IMG/VR virus record: IMGVR_UViG_3300031687_000001 | Location: 1 to 64,000 of that record | From: a virus | Direction: 5' to 3' (one strand) | Length of the DNA: 64,000 nucleotides | Shown here: positions 49,267 through 58,481 of the stretch, one piece after another | Layout of the letters: each line of letters opens with the position of its first letter | Numbering within the stretch: position 1 is the first letter of the stretch | Notes under the pieces: generated by a model | Told to the model about the DNA's origin: nothing | Databases searched by the model: none | Seen by the model: only the letters and a program-made list of their open reading frames with translations | Program-made: the position numbers and the translations under genes

Positions 49267-51117
49267 CTACTTTTTTAATTTAGCAATTTCCGCTGCTTGA
49301 CTTTCTACCATTGATTTTAGTTCTTTTATAGACTCAATCAATAACGGAACCATACGCTCATATTGTACAGTTTTATAATCTGTACCATTGTCGCTATTAA
49401 TCGGTGCTGATTTAACAACCTCTGGCATTACTGCTTCAACTTCTTGTGCTGATACACCAACTTGCTGAACATCAGTATCATACCCAAGTTCGCCTGCTAC
49501 ATCATTACCAGTGTAATGATAGCCATTTAGTTGCGATACCTTGTCTAATGCATTCTCGATCTTACCACTAAAGTTCTTTAGACGCTCATCTGAGTAGTAT
49601 GCTGTTACTTCACCAGTTGCAGATATATTGGCAGCTCTAAAATTTTCATAGCCAGTGCCTGGATTGTTTCGTATTGTTATCGTACCGTCCGTCTCCATAG
49701 AGATATTTGATGCGACAACGCCGCCCCAATGCATACCGATTCTAGGAGCTGACATTCCAACACCCGATCCATATCCACCTTCTCTAACCTCAATTCCCGC
49801 GTCACCGTATCCAGTAGATGTTTGTGATGCTGATGCAAACTCATGGTTTCCTAAATGATTACCACCTGCTCGCAAACTTAAATGACCCGATGCAGTATCA
49901 GTAGCATCTGATCGTAGGAATTGCGAACCTTGAACTCCATCTAATAAATCAGCATCTAAGCCAGAGCCAGAACCGTCGTTTTGGTTATCCCAAATCTTGC
50001 GCCATGAACCCCAAGTACCGCTATTCATGCCACGTGACGATAATTCGCCTGTTCTAAAGTTACTGAATATCTGAGATACCCATGATGTGCTATGAGCTGC
50101 TACAAACATACCGCCATCTGAGAAACCTGCTGCGCTTGCAGCGTTGCAATAACCAATTGTGTTTGCGGTGGCGGAGTCAATTGCTAAAGCATTGCCAGTG
50201 TTGCGAGATGTAAACGTAGACCCCGCAAAGTTATAAGTCGTGTTAGGCCATGATCTATCATATGCTGCTTTAACTGCCGCTGATGATGCAGATATAGACG
50301 TGCTAGTTGATGTTACACTATTTGAAATACCACGCCATGTATTAGTATCTGTGTCATTTGCATCTGCATAAACCTTTGCTGCTGCCAATGCTGCGTTTGC
50401 TTTAGTAGTTGCATCTGCTGATGCTGTCGCCGCTGCTGATGATGTAACACTTGAGATCGCTGAACTTAGTTCCGAATCGGTTGCCATTGCATTTTGGATT
50501 TCAACTAAAGTATCAAATGCCGCCCCTGCGCCATTAGTTACTGCTGCAATTGCTGCTGTCTTTGCTGCGTTTGCTTTTGTAGTCGCATCACTTGCTGCTG
50601 CTGAAATTGCTTGTGACTTTGCATTATTTGCTTTGGTAGTCGCATCACTTGCTGCTGATGAAATTGCTTGTGACTTTGCATTATTTGCTTTGGTAGTCGC
50701 ATCACTTGCTGCTGATGAAATTGCTTGTGATTTTGCATTATTTGCTTTACTAGTTGCATCTGAACTTGCTGCTGATTCTGCATCTGCTTCTGCTTGATCT
50801 GCATATGCTTTTGCTGATACTAATGCTGCGTTTGCTTTAGTAGTTGCATCACTTGCTGCTGCTGCTTTTACTTCTGCTGGCGAATCAACACCTGCGCCGT
50901 TATCGGTTGTCAACATGGTAGTTGCTAATATGGAAATATTACGTTCCATATCTGCTGCTCTACGAAGCGATGACTTGGAACCAGACATAGAAATCTCGTT
51001 ATCGCCTAATGTTCCAGTTGATTCAACTAAATCACCTGTTGCATCATACTTATATTTTTTGTTTTTGTCTAATGACACACTTGTCATTACACCATTCTTT
51101 TTAATTTTTCTTGACAT
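49267..51117 (-). CDS. Tail fibre paralogue C, S74 chaperone
   Basis: Same N-terminus; TAYYSDERLK. Confidence 0.88.
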   Translation of the reverse strand: MSRKIKKNGVMTSVSLDKNKKYKYDATGDLVESTGTLGDNEISMSGSKSSLRRAADMERNISILATTMLTTDNGAGVDSPAEVKAAAASDATTKANAALVSAKAYADQAEADAESAASSDATSKANNAKSQAISSAASDATTKANNAKSQAISSAASDATTKANNAKSQAISAAASDATTKANAAKTAAIAAVTNGAGAAFDTLVEIQNAMATDSELSSAISSVTSSAAATASADATTKANAALAAAKVYADANDTDTNTWRGISNSVTSTSTSISASSAAVKAAYDRSWPNTTYNFAGSTFTSRNTGNALAIDSATANTIGYCNAASAAGFSDGGMFVAAHSTSWVSQIFSNFRTGELSSRGMNSGTWGSWRKIWDNQNDGSGSGLDADLLDGVQGSQFLRSDATDTASGHLSLRAGGNHLGNHEFASASQTSTGYGDAGIEVREGGYGSGVGMSAPRIGMHWGGVVASNISMETDGTITIRNNPGTGYENFRAANISATGEVTAYYSDERLKNFSGKIENALDKVSQLNGYHYTGNDVAGELGYDTDVQQVGVSAQEVEAVMPEVVKSAPINSDNGTDYKTVQYERMVPLLIESIKELKSMVESQAAEIAKLKK

Positions 51118-51144
51118 GGTTTGGAATTCCTTTATTTAACATCT

Positions 51145-51183
51145 CGTCAGATCTTACTAACGCAGTGCTTATTGGTATTTATG
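51145..51183 (-). promoter_or_regulatory. Late promoter plus leader hairpin X
   Basis: CATAAATA then CGUUAG-UAAGAU-CUGACG. Confidence 0.7.
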
Positions 51184-51231
51184 CCATATTTATGAAAGTT
51201 AACAACCTATATTCATAAATAAAATCCAAAT

Positions 51232-51256
51232 AAAAACGCCCACTGTGGGCGTTTTT
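51232..51256. terminator. Bidirectional rho-independent terminator
   Basis: AAAAACGCCCAC-T-GTGGGCGTTTTT. Confidence 0.85.
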
Positions 51257-51284
51257 CTTCTTATAGTACTAAGTACTTTATAGA

Positions 51285-53402
51285 CTAGCGATTTGCTTTT
51301 AACTCATCAATTTGAACTTGTTGTTCTTTGATTGCTTCAATAAGCAATGCAACTAGATTACCGTATGCTACAGAGTAATGATCATCTTCTGATCCTTCAT
51401 TGCTGTTAGGACCGCCAGAAACTGCTTCTGGTAGTACAGCAAGAACTTCTTGTGCTATAACGCCAACATATCTATTTTTAGGATTATGAGCGTAAATAGT
51501 ACCTTCTTCCTCTGGAGTTGCTGGTTGCTTATCAGTTCTGTCGTATGTGTAACCATTTAACTGCTTGACTTTATCAATAGCGTTAGGTATTACTTCTAGG
51601 TTGTCTTTAACCCTTGCATCTGAATATGCAATCACATCGCCAGAAGTCCAAACATTAGAACCCATAGCTGATGTTGGGCCACCATTCTGACACCAAACCA
51701 TCTGATGTCCACTAGCCAACGCACCACCAGTAGCATTGTTAGTATGCTTATAGGCTAGACCATAAAGGTTTCCGAAGTTAACTCCAGTTGCGCTAGATTT
51801 ATAAGCAGTTCCCATAGACCAGATGTGGGTAGGGTTGGTTGAGTCATAATGTCCGTAAACACCTCTGTCACGATAAGCAGTTTCGTTTACTAAGTAACCA
51901 CGTTGGTAGATAGTGTTGTTCTGATAGTCAGTTGCGTCACTACGCATATAACTAGCACCATTGACACCGTCTAATAAGTTTGCATCGGCAGCCTTGGCAG
52001 TTAAACCTAAGTAGCTATGAGTGTGTCCATCAACACTAACGCCAACAGAATCACAGTACGACTTAAATGCACCGCTAGTCATAAACCTTGTGTAGTTATC
52101 AGAAGTGGAGTTGTTTCTGAACGCAATATCCGCAGTTGTTGCTGGTGCAGTACTTTGCTCCGCATAGTTTGATCGAAATAGTCTGGCAGTTATATCCGCT
52201 GCGCTATCTCGCTCTGCTACTGTATTAGCGGTTGCTGCTGAAGTAAGAGCATGACCATCTAATCTACCAGCGTTAATACCACCAGAGCCGTCAACATCTA
52301 CTGTCTTAATAGACGCTAATAGTTGAGCTGCTGATTGATCTGCTGTTGCTCCTGATTCAATGCCGTTTAACTTGCTGTGATCAGCCGAAGTAAAGTTAAT
52401 CTGTGAAAGACCACCATCACCTACAGAATAGGTTGTGTTAGGCCAAGATCTATCGTAAGCAGCCTTTACTGCTGCTGATGATGCTGATACAGATGTGCTA
52501 GTCGATGACGTGCTATTTGAAATACCGCGCCATGTATTAGTATTGGCATCATTTGCGTCTGCATAAACTTTTGCTGCTGCTAATGCTGCGTTTGCTTTAG
52601 TAGTCGCGTCTGCTGATGCAGTTGCTGCTGCTGACGAAGTAACACTTGAGATTGCTGAACTTAGTTCTGAATCAGTTGCCATTGCATTTTGGATTTCAAC
52701 TAAAGTATCAAATGCTGCGCCTGCGCCATTAGTTACTGCTGCAATTGCTGCTGCTTGTGCTGCATTTGCTTTGGTAGTCGCATCACTTGCTGCTGCTGAG
52801 ATCGCCTGTGATTTTGCATTATTTGCTTTAGTAGTCGCATCTGATGCTGCTGCTGATTCTGCATCTGCTTCTGCTTGATCTGCATATGACTTTGCTGATG
52901 CCAATGCTGCGTTTGCTTTTGTAGTCGCATCACTTGCTGCTGCTGAGATCGCCTGTGACTTTGCATTGTTTGCTTTAGTAGTCGCATCTGAACTTGCTGC
53001 TGATTCTGCATCTGCTTCTGCTTGATCTGCATATGCTTTTGCTGATACCAATGCTGCGTTTGCTTTAGTAGTCGCATCACTTGCTGCTGCCGAGATTGCT
53101 TGTGACTTTGCATTGTTTGCTTTAGTCGTTGCATCTGTTGCTGCTGCTGCTTTTACTTCTGCTGGCGAATCTATACCTGCGCCATTATCGGTTGTCAACA
53201 TGGTAGTTGCTAAGATAGAAATGTTACGTTCCATATCTGCTGCTCTACGAAGCGATGACTTAGAACCAGATATAGAAATCTCGTTATCACCTAATTCACC
53301 AGTTGATTCAACTAAATCACCTGTTGGGCTGTACTTATATTTTTTGTTTTTGTCTAATGACACACTTGTCATTACACCATTCTTTTTAATTTTTCTTGAC
53401 AT
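51285..53402 (-). CDS. Tail fibre paralogue B, S74 chaperone
   Basis: Same N-terminus; IAYSDARVK. Confidence 0.88.
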   Translation of the reverse strand: MSRKIKKNGVMTSVSLDKNKKYKYSPTGDLVESTGELGDNEISISGSKSSLRRAADMERNISILATTMLTTDNGAGIDSPAEVKAAAATDATTKANNAKSQAISAAASDATTKANAALVSAKAYADQAEADAESAASSDATTKANNAKSQAISAAASDATTKANAALASAKSYADQAEADAESAAASDATTKANNAKSQAISAAASDATTKANAAQAAAIAAVTNGAGAAFDTLVEIQNAMATDSELSSAISSVTSSAAATASADATTKANAALAAAKVYADANDANTNTWRGISNSTSSTSTSVSASSAAVKAAYDRSWPNTTYSVGDGGLSQINFTSADHSKLNGIESGATADQSAAQLLASIKTVDVDGSGGINAGRLDGHALTSAATANTVAERDSAADITARLFRSNYAEQSTAPATTADIAFRNNSTSDNYTRFMTSGAFKSYCDSVGVSVDGHTHSYLGLTAKAADANLLDGVNGASYMRSDATDYQNNTIYQRGYLVNETAYRDRGVYGHYDSTNPTHIWSMGTAYKSSATGVNFGNLYGLAYKHTNNATGGALASGHQMVWCQNGGPTSAMGSNVWTSGDVIAYSDARVKDNLEVIPNAIDKVKQLNGYTYDRTDKQPATPEEEGTIYAHNPKNRYVGVIAQEVLAVLPEAVSGGPNSNEGSEDDHYSVAYGNLVALLIEAIKEQQVQIDELKANR

Positions 53403-53420
53403 TTTTACATCTCCTAAATG

Positions 53421-53450
53421 AAAATACCGTCAATGAATCATTGACGGTAT
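53421..53450 (-). terminator. 13-bp perfect inverted repeat, terminator/attenuator-like
   Basis: ATACCGTCAATGA-A-TCATTGACGGTAT, followed by a short U run on the minus strand. Confidence 0.5.
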
Positions 53451-53451
53451 C

Positions 53452-53543
53452 GATTGATACGAAGGATATAACTCAGTATATCCCAGTGTTTATGATTATC
53501 ATAAACTAAGTAGAGAGTTATGACAACTATCTACGTTTGATCA
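53452..53543 (-). ncRNA. Structured intergenic RNA element Y, copy 2
   Basis: See copy 1. Confidence 0.7.
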
Positions 53544-53550
53544 GTCTATA

Positions 53551-55803
53551 TTATGAACTTAATCCTGTTACTTCAATTTCGTCGTCTTCTGCAATAATAC
53601 CTTGTGAGATAGTTACAGTTGTGCCTGATACTGAATACTCGCTTGCACGTAGAAACAATCTGTTAACTAAAACAACATAATGCTTCGCACTTGACAATTC
53701 ACTAAACGTAAAGTTAGTTGTCGAAGTCGTGTTATTAGTTTCTTGTGATGCTGTAACATTCTGAACTGCACTGTGGAAGTGACTAAGTTGTGCAATTGCG
53801 CCTGCTTGTGCTGCGTTTGCTTTAGTAGTTGCATCACTCGCTGCTGCTGATTCTGCATCTGCTTCTGCTTGATCTGCATATGCTTTTGCTGATACTAATG
53901 CTGCGTTTGCTTTAGTAGTTGCATCACTCGCTGCTGCTGATTCTGCATCTGCTTCTGCTTGATCTGCATATGCTTTTGCTGATACTAATGCTGCGTTTGC
54001 TTTAGTAGTTGCATCTGTTGCTGCTGCTGATTGTGCTGCGTTAGCCTTTGAAGTAGCGTCTGCTGATGCTGTAGAAGCCGCTGATGATGTAACACTTGCG
54101 ATCGCTGAACTTAGTTCTGAATCAGTTGCCATTGCATCTTGGATTTCTTTAAGCGTATTAAATGCCGCCCCTGCGCCATTAGTTACGTCTGCAACTGCAC
54201 CTGCTCTTGCTGCGTTTGCTTTACTAGTTGCGTCTGCTGCTGCTGCTGATTGGGCTGCGTTAGCTTTAGTAGTTGCATCTGCTGATGCTGTTGCTGCACG
54301 AGTAGCGTCTTTAGATTCTGCTGCATTAATTGCTGCTAGTTCTGCTGCGTCTGCATATGAGTTTGCTGCTGATGCACGTACTACGTCTTTTGCTTCTGCT
54401 GATGCAATTGCTGCTAGTTCTGCTGCGTCTGCTTTAGTAGTCGCGTCTGCTGATGCTGTTGCTGCACGAGTAGCGTCTTTAGATTCTGCTGCATTAATTG
54501 CTGCTAGTTCTGCTGCGTCTGCTTTAGTAGTCGCGTCTGCTGATGCTGTTGCTGCTGCTGATGAAGTAACACTTGAGATTGCTGAACTTAGTTCTGCGTC
54601 GGTTGCCATTGCATTCTGAATTTCAACTAGAGTATCAAATGCTGCGCCTGCGCCATTAGTTACTGCTGCAATTGCTGCTGCTTGTGCTGCATTTGCTTTG
54701 GTAGTCGCATCACTTGCTGCTGTTGCTTCTGCTGTATCTGCGTATGATTTTGCTGATACTAATGCTGCGTCTGCTTTAGTAGTTGCATCTGTTGCTGCTG
54801 CTGATTGTGCTGCGTCTGCTTTAGTTGTTGCATCTGTTGCTGCTGCTGATTGTGCTGCGTCTGCTTTAGTTGTTGCATCTGTTGCTGCTGCTGATTGTGC
54901 TGCATCTGCTTTAGTAGTTGCATCTGTTGCTGCTGCTGATACTGCGTCTGCTTCTGCTGTGTCTACATATGATTCTTGTGCGTAACCAGTGAAGTCAACA
55001 TTGTTAGTAATTGCTGTATCTGTATAAGATGCTGCTGCTGCTATTGCTGCTGCTTCTGCTGCGTCTGCTTTAATTGTTGCGCCGTCTGCCGCTACTGAGA
55101 TGCTATTGGTGATTGTAGCAGCGAAGTTAGCATCATCGCCAAGTGCGGTAGCCAATTCGTTTAGTGTATCTAATGCGCCAGGTGCGCCGTTAATAAGACC
55201 ATTGATTGCTGCGTCTACATAAGTTTTGTTGGTTGCATGTCCATCTTCAGTTGGTGCTGCTAAGTTGATGATTTGGTTATTATCCATATCAACTTTATCG
55301 CCAAACTTAACTGCTGTTCCGTCTGCATCTGTAATTTTCTTACCAGAAGCCATTTGTAGAGTTGCTGCAACGTTAACAGTTGATGCAGATGCTAGTGTCA
55401 ATACACCAGTTCCTGTTACCTGTGTAGTCAACGATTGGTTAACATCAGCCTGAACAACGATCGTACCTGAATTAGATTCGATAACTTTCTGTCCATCAAT
55501 ATAAAGTGAACCTTCTGATAGGTAAAGGTCACGCCATTTCATTGTTGGTGAACCTAAGTCATAACCAGTAGTTCCGTCTGAATCTATTGAAGGTATGATA
55601 TGAGCAGACATAGTTAGATCACCTGTCATGGTGTCGCCTGATTTGCTTACTGATTGTGCTACTGCGCCGCCTGATGCTGATGCAATTGCTGATGCTAAGT
55701 CTTGTCCGTCTAATAAAACCGTATCAACTGTTAAATTACCAGTGATTACTGAATCTGCATTAGTTTCAAAACCTGCATCTATTAAAAATCTTTTTTGTGC
55801 CAT
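53551..55803 (-). CDS. Ala-rich fibre/adaptor protein without S74 chaperone
   Basis: APGALDTLNELATAL motif; 15-aa tandem repeats; small beta C-terminal domain. Confidence 0.75.
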   Translation of the reverse strand: MAQKRFLIDAGFETNADSVITGNLTVDTVLLDGQDLASAIASASGGAVAQSVSKSGDTMTGDLTMSAHIIPSIDSDGTTGYDLGSPTMKWRDLYLSEGSLYIDGQKVIESNSGTIVVQADVNQSLTTQVTGTGVLTLASASTVNVAATLQMASGKKITDADGTAVKFGDKVDMDNNQIINLAAPTEDGHATNKTYVDAAINGLINGAPGALDTLNELATALGDDANFAATITNSISVAADGATIKADAAEAAAIAAAASYTDTAITNNVDFTGYAQESYVDTAEADAVSAAATDATTKADAAQSAAATDATTKADAAQSAAATDATTKADAAQSAAATDATTKADAALVSAKSYADTAEATAASDATTKANAAQAAAIAAVTNGAGAAFDTLVEIQNAMATDAELSSAISSVTSSAAATASADATTKADAAELAAINAAESKDATRAATASADATTKADAAELAAIASAEAKDVVRASAANSYADAAELAAINAAESKDATRAATASADATTKANAAQSAAAADATSKANAARAGAVADVTNGAGAAFNTLKEIQDAMATDSELSSAIASVTSSAASTASADATSKANAAQSAAATDATTKANAALVSAKAYADQAEADAESAAASDATTKANAALVSAKAYADQAEADAESAAASDATTKANAAQAGAIAQLSHFHSAVQNVTASQETNNTTSTTNFTFSELSSAKHYVVLVNRLFLRASEYSVSGTTVTISQGIIAEDDEIEVTGLSS

Positions 55804-55832
55804 TATATTATGTTTCCTTTTTCGCGAAAAAA

Positions 55833-55865
55833 ACGTTAGATCTTACTAACGTAATGGTATTTATG
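55833..55865 (-). promoter_or_regulatory. Late promoter plus leader hairpin X
   Basis: CATAAATA then ACGUUAG-UAAGAU-CUAACGU. Confidence 0.7.
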
Positions 55866-55893
55866 CATTATTTATATATGTTAACAACTTAGT

Positions 55894-56417
55894 TTAAGTT
55901 GAAATCTGTGCTGTGGTGGTTTGATTCTGGTAGCCTGAAGTGTCTACCCAAGAGGTTACATAATCAGACACTCTTAACCAGTATACATTGGTTCCAGACC
56001 CTATCTGATAAGCGTAAGAACCTCTTTGATAGAGACGAGTTCCTATCGTATGTGAGTAAACTCTTAAAGAACCTGAAACGTTATTTCTGTGGTAACTAAC
56101 GTTTGCAACTCCAGGATAGTCCCATATGGCAAAAGAATACATATCCTTAGCCCACGTCCAGTAACCTTGTGTATATGGGTTTGTATACGCAAGCTCTTGG
56201 AAAGTGGACTCATTATGCCCACTACTAACCCAAACGCTTGTAGTCACCTGATTACTCTTGCCGTGGAAATTATTGAATCTAATAGAACCAGATGATGGTA
56301 TACCTGAGACACCTTTACCTGCTAAGGCATGGTACTCAGATAACGAGTGGGAACCTACGCCTCCAAAGTGAGCAGCAATCTGTAGAATCTAATTTCTCCA
56401 GAGGTTTGTAAAGCCAT
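55894..56417 (-). pseudogene. Frameshifted fibre-tip/adhesin-like gene (~174 aa if repaired)
   Basis: TAATG-coupled MALQTSGEIRF, 2 extra nt, then QIAAHFGGVGSHSLSEYH... in the frame of ORF 55894-56247. Confidence 0.75.
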
Positions 56418-58312
56418 TACGCACCTCCTACTAGAGCCTTGAGTTCATCTATCTGAACTTGCTGTTCATCTATCTGAGTCTGTTGTTCTTTAATAGATTC
56501 GATGAGTAGAGGTACAAGTTTGTCGTATTGGACGGTCTTATACCCTTCACCAATAGCTGCATCCACTACGATCTCTGGTAACACCGCTTCAACTTCTTGG
56601 GCTGATACACCTACCTGACGCTCTTCAGTGTCGTAACCGAACGTTGCTGCTACATCGTTTCCTTTGTAGTAGTAACCGTTAAGTTGCTTAACCTTATCTA
56701 GGGCGTTAGGTATAGTTCCCTCAAAGTCCTTTAGGCGTTCATCTGAGTAATACGCAGTAACGTTACCTGTAAACAAGCCAGTTCCAGCAACATGAAAGCT
56801 CATTGAGGCTTCCGTACCGTATACCTTGAATGCATTACCAGATCCGTAACTACTGCCGTCTGAGTGAACGTATGCTATAGTTCCGTTCTGGCCTTCTGCT
56901 GGTATATTATCGGAGAAGTTTATTAAGCAAGGGCCAGCGTTAGATGTAGCTCGTAGGTTTATAACACCCGTATCACTACGGAAGTAACTTGAACCATGAA
57001 CTCCATCTAATAAATCAGCATCTAAGCCAGAGCCAGAACCGTCGTTATCGGGGTGCCAGTATTCAGCACCACCAGTGTATTTGTAGACCCCGCCATTAAT
57101 ATGAACGCTTTTGTTCATGTAGAACAGGCCACGGTCAGTTTGTATATGCCCCCAAGAGGAATTTCCAGGACCAAGGGTGATATTACCGTGTGGGGTAGTG
57201 AAAGTATGTGCAGATGAGGAAGTGGTAAAGTACCCCGGACTATTGACTGTTCCAGTAAGTGTTGGGCTAGCCTTTGGTGCTAGTGCTGACAAATCTTGAT
57301 CTGCTGTAGCTCCTGTCTCTATACCATTTAACTTAGTATGATCAGCAGATGTAAAGTTGATCTGCGTTAAGCCTCCGTCACCCACAGAGTAAGTGGTGTT
57401 GGTATCAGGCCAAGACCGATCATAAGCTGCTTTCACAGCGGCAGATGATGCAGATATAGACGTGCTAGTTGATGTTACACTATTTGAAATACCACGCCAT
57501 GTATTAGTATTTGCGTCATTTGCATCTGCGTATACTTTAGCTGCTGCCAATGCTGCGTTTGCTTTAGAAGTTGCATCTGCCGATGCTGTTGCCGCTGCTG
57601 ATGATGTAACACTTGAGATCGCTGAACTTAGTTCCGAATCGGTTGCCATTGCATTCTGAATTTCAACTAAAGTATCAAATGCTGCGCCTGCGCCATTAGT
57701 TACTGCTGCAATTGCTGCTGTCTTTGCTGCGTTTGCTTTAGTAGTCGCATCACTCGCTGCTGCTGAAATTGCTTGTGATTTTGCATTATTTGCTTTAGTA
57801 GTCGCATCTGATGCTGCTGCTGATTCTGCATCTGCTTCTGCTTGATCTGCATATGCTTTTGCTGATACCAATGCTGCGTTTGCTTTAGTAGTCGCATCAC
57901 TTGCTGCTGATGAAATTGCTTGTGATTTTGCATTATTTGCTTTACTAGTCGCATCTGAACTTGCTGCTGATTCTGCATCTGCTTCTGCTTGATCTGCATA
58001 TGCTTTTGCTGATACCAATGCATTATTTGCTTTAGTCGTTGCATCTGTTGCTGCTGCTGCTTTTACTTCTGCTGGCGAATCTATACCTGCGCCATTATCG
58101 GTTGTCAACATCGTAGTCGCTAAGATAGAAATGTTACGTTCCATATCTGCTGCTCTACGAAGCGATGACTTAGACCCAGATATAGAAATCTCGTTATCGC
58201 CTAATGTTCCAGTTGATTCAACTAAATCACCTGTTGCATCGTACTTATATTTTTTGTTCTTATCTAATGACACACTTGTCATTACACCATTCTTTTTAAT
58301 TTTTCTTGACAT
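56417..58312 (-). CDS. Tail fibre paralogue A, S74 chaperone
   Basis: Same N-terminus; TAYYSDERLK. Confidence 0.88.
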   Translation of the reverse strand: MSRKIKKNGVMTSVSLDKNKKYKYDATGDLVESTGTLGDNEISISGSKSSLRRAADMERNISILATTMLTTDNGAGIDSPAEVKAAAATDATTKANNALVSAKAYADQAEADAESAASSDATSKANNAKSQAISSAASDATTKANAALVSAKAYADQAEADAESAAASDATTKANNAKSQAISAAASDATTKANAAKTAAIAAVTNGAGAAFDTLVEIQNAMATDSELSSAISSVTSSAAATASADATSKANAALAAAKVYADANDANTNTWRGISNSVTSTSTSISASSAAVKAAYDRSWPDTNTTYSVGDGGLTQINFTSADHTKLNGIETGATADQDLSALAPKASPTLTGTVNSPGYFTTSSSAHTFTTPHGNITLGPGNSSWGHIQTDRGLFYMNKSVHINGGVYKYTGGAEYWHPDNDGSGSGLDADLLDGVHGSSYFRSDTGVINLRATSNAGPCLINFSDNIPAEGQNGTIAYVHSDGSSYGSGNAFKVYGTEASMSFHVAGTGLFTGNVTAYYSDERLKDFEGTIPNALDKVKQLNGYYYKGNDVAATFGYDTEERQVGVSAQEVEAVLPEIVVDAAIGEGYKTVQYDKLVPLLIESIKEQQTQIDEQQVQIDELKALVGGA

Positions 58313-58337
58313 ATTGAAATTCCTTTGTTTAACAACT

Positions 58338-58376
58338 CGCTAGATCTTACTAACATTTGTAGTAGTAGTATTTATA
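58338..58376 (-). promoter_or_regulatory. Late promoter plus leader hairpin X
   Basis: TATAAATA then UGUUAG-UAAGAU-CUAGCG. Confidence 0.7.
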
Positions 58377-58423
58377 CCATGTTAATTGTTATTTACAAAT
58401 AAAATTTACAAATAAAAACGCCC

Positions 58424-58442
58424 ACGTTATGCGGGCGTTTTT
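58424..58442. terminator. Bidirectional rho-independent terminator
   Basis: AAAAACGCCCAC-GTTAT-GCGGGCGTTTTT, closely similar to 51232. Confidence 0.8.
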
Positions 58443-58481
58443 CTTCTTTCAGTCGTAGTATTTAAACTACTACATTAACGA

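Noticed and set aside
44500-55000. CRISPR-like or DGR-like repeats
   Set aside because: Repeats are in-frame coding units without unique spacers; no cas genes, reverse transcriptase or adenine-specific TR/VR pair seen.
58316-58325. GAAATTCCTT match to 23S 1935-1944, and GGGAGCAAA (20921) match to 16S
   Set aside because: Short, and explained by an SD and a hairpin stem respectively.
51151-58355. TACTAAC as a spliceosomal branch point
   Set aside because: It is on the non-transcribed strand of a phage and is explained by hairpin X.
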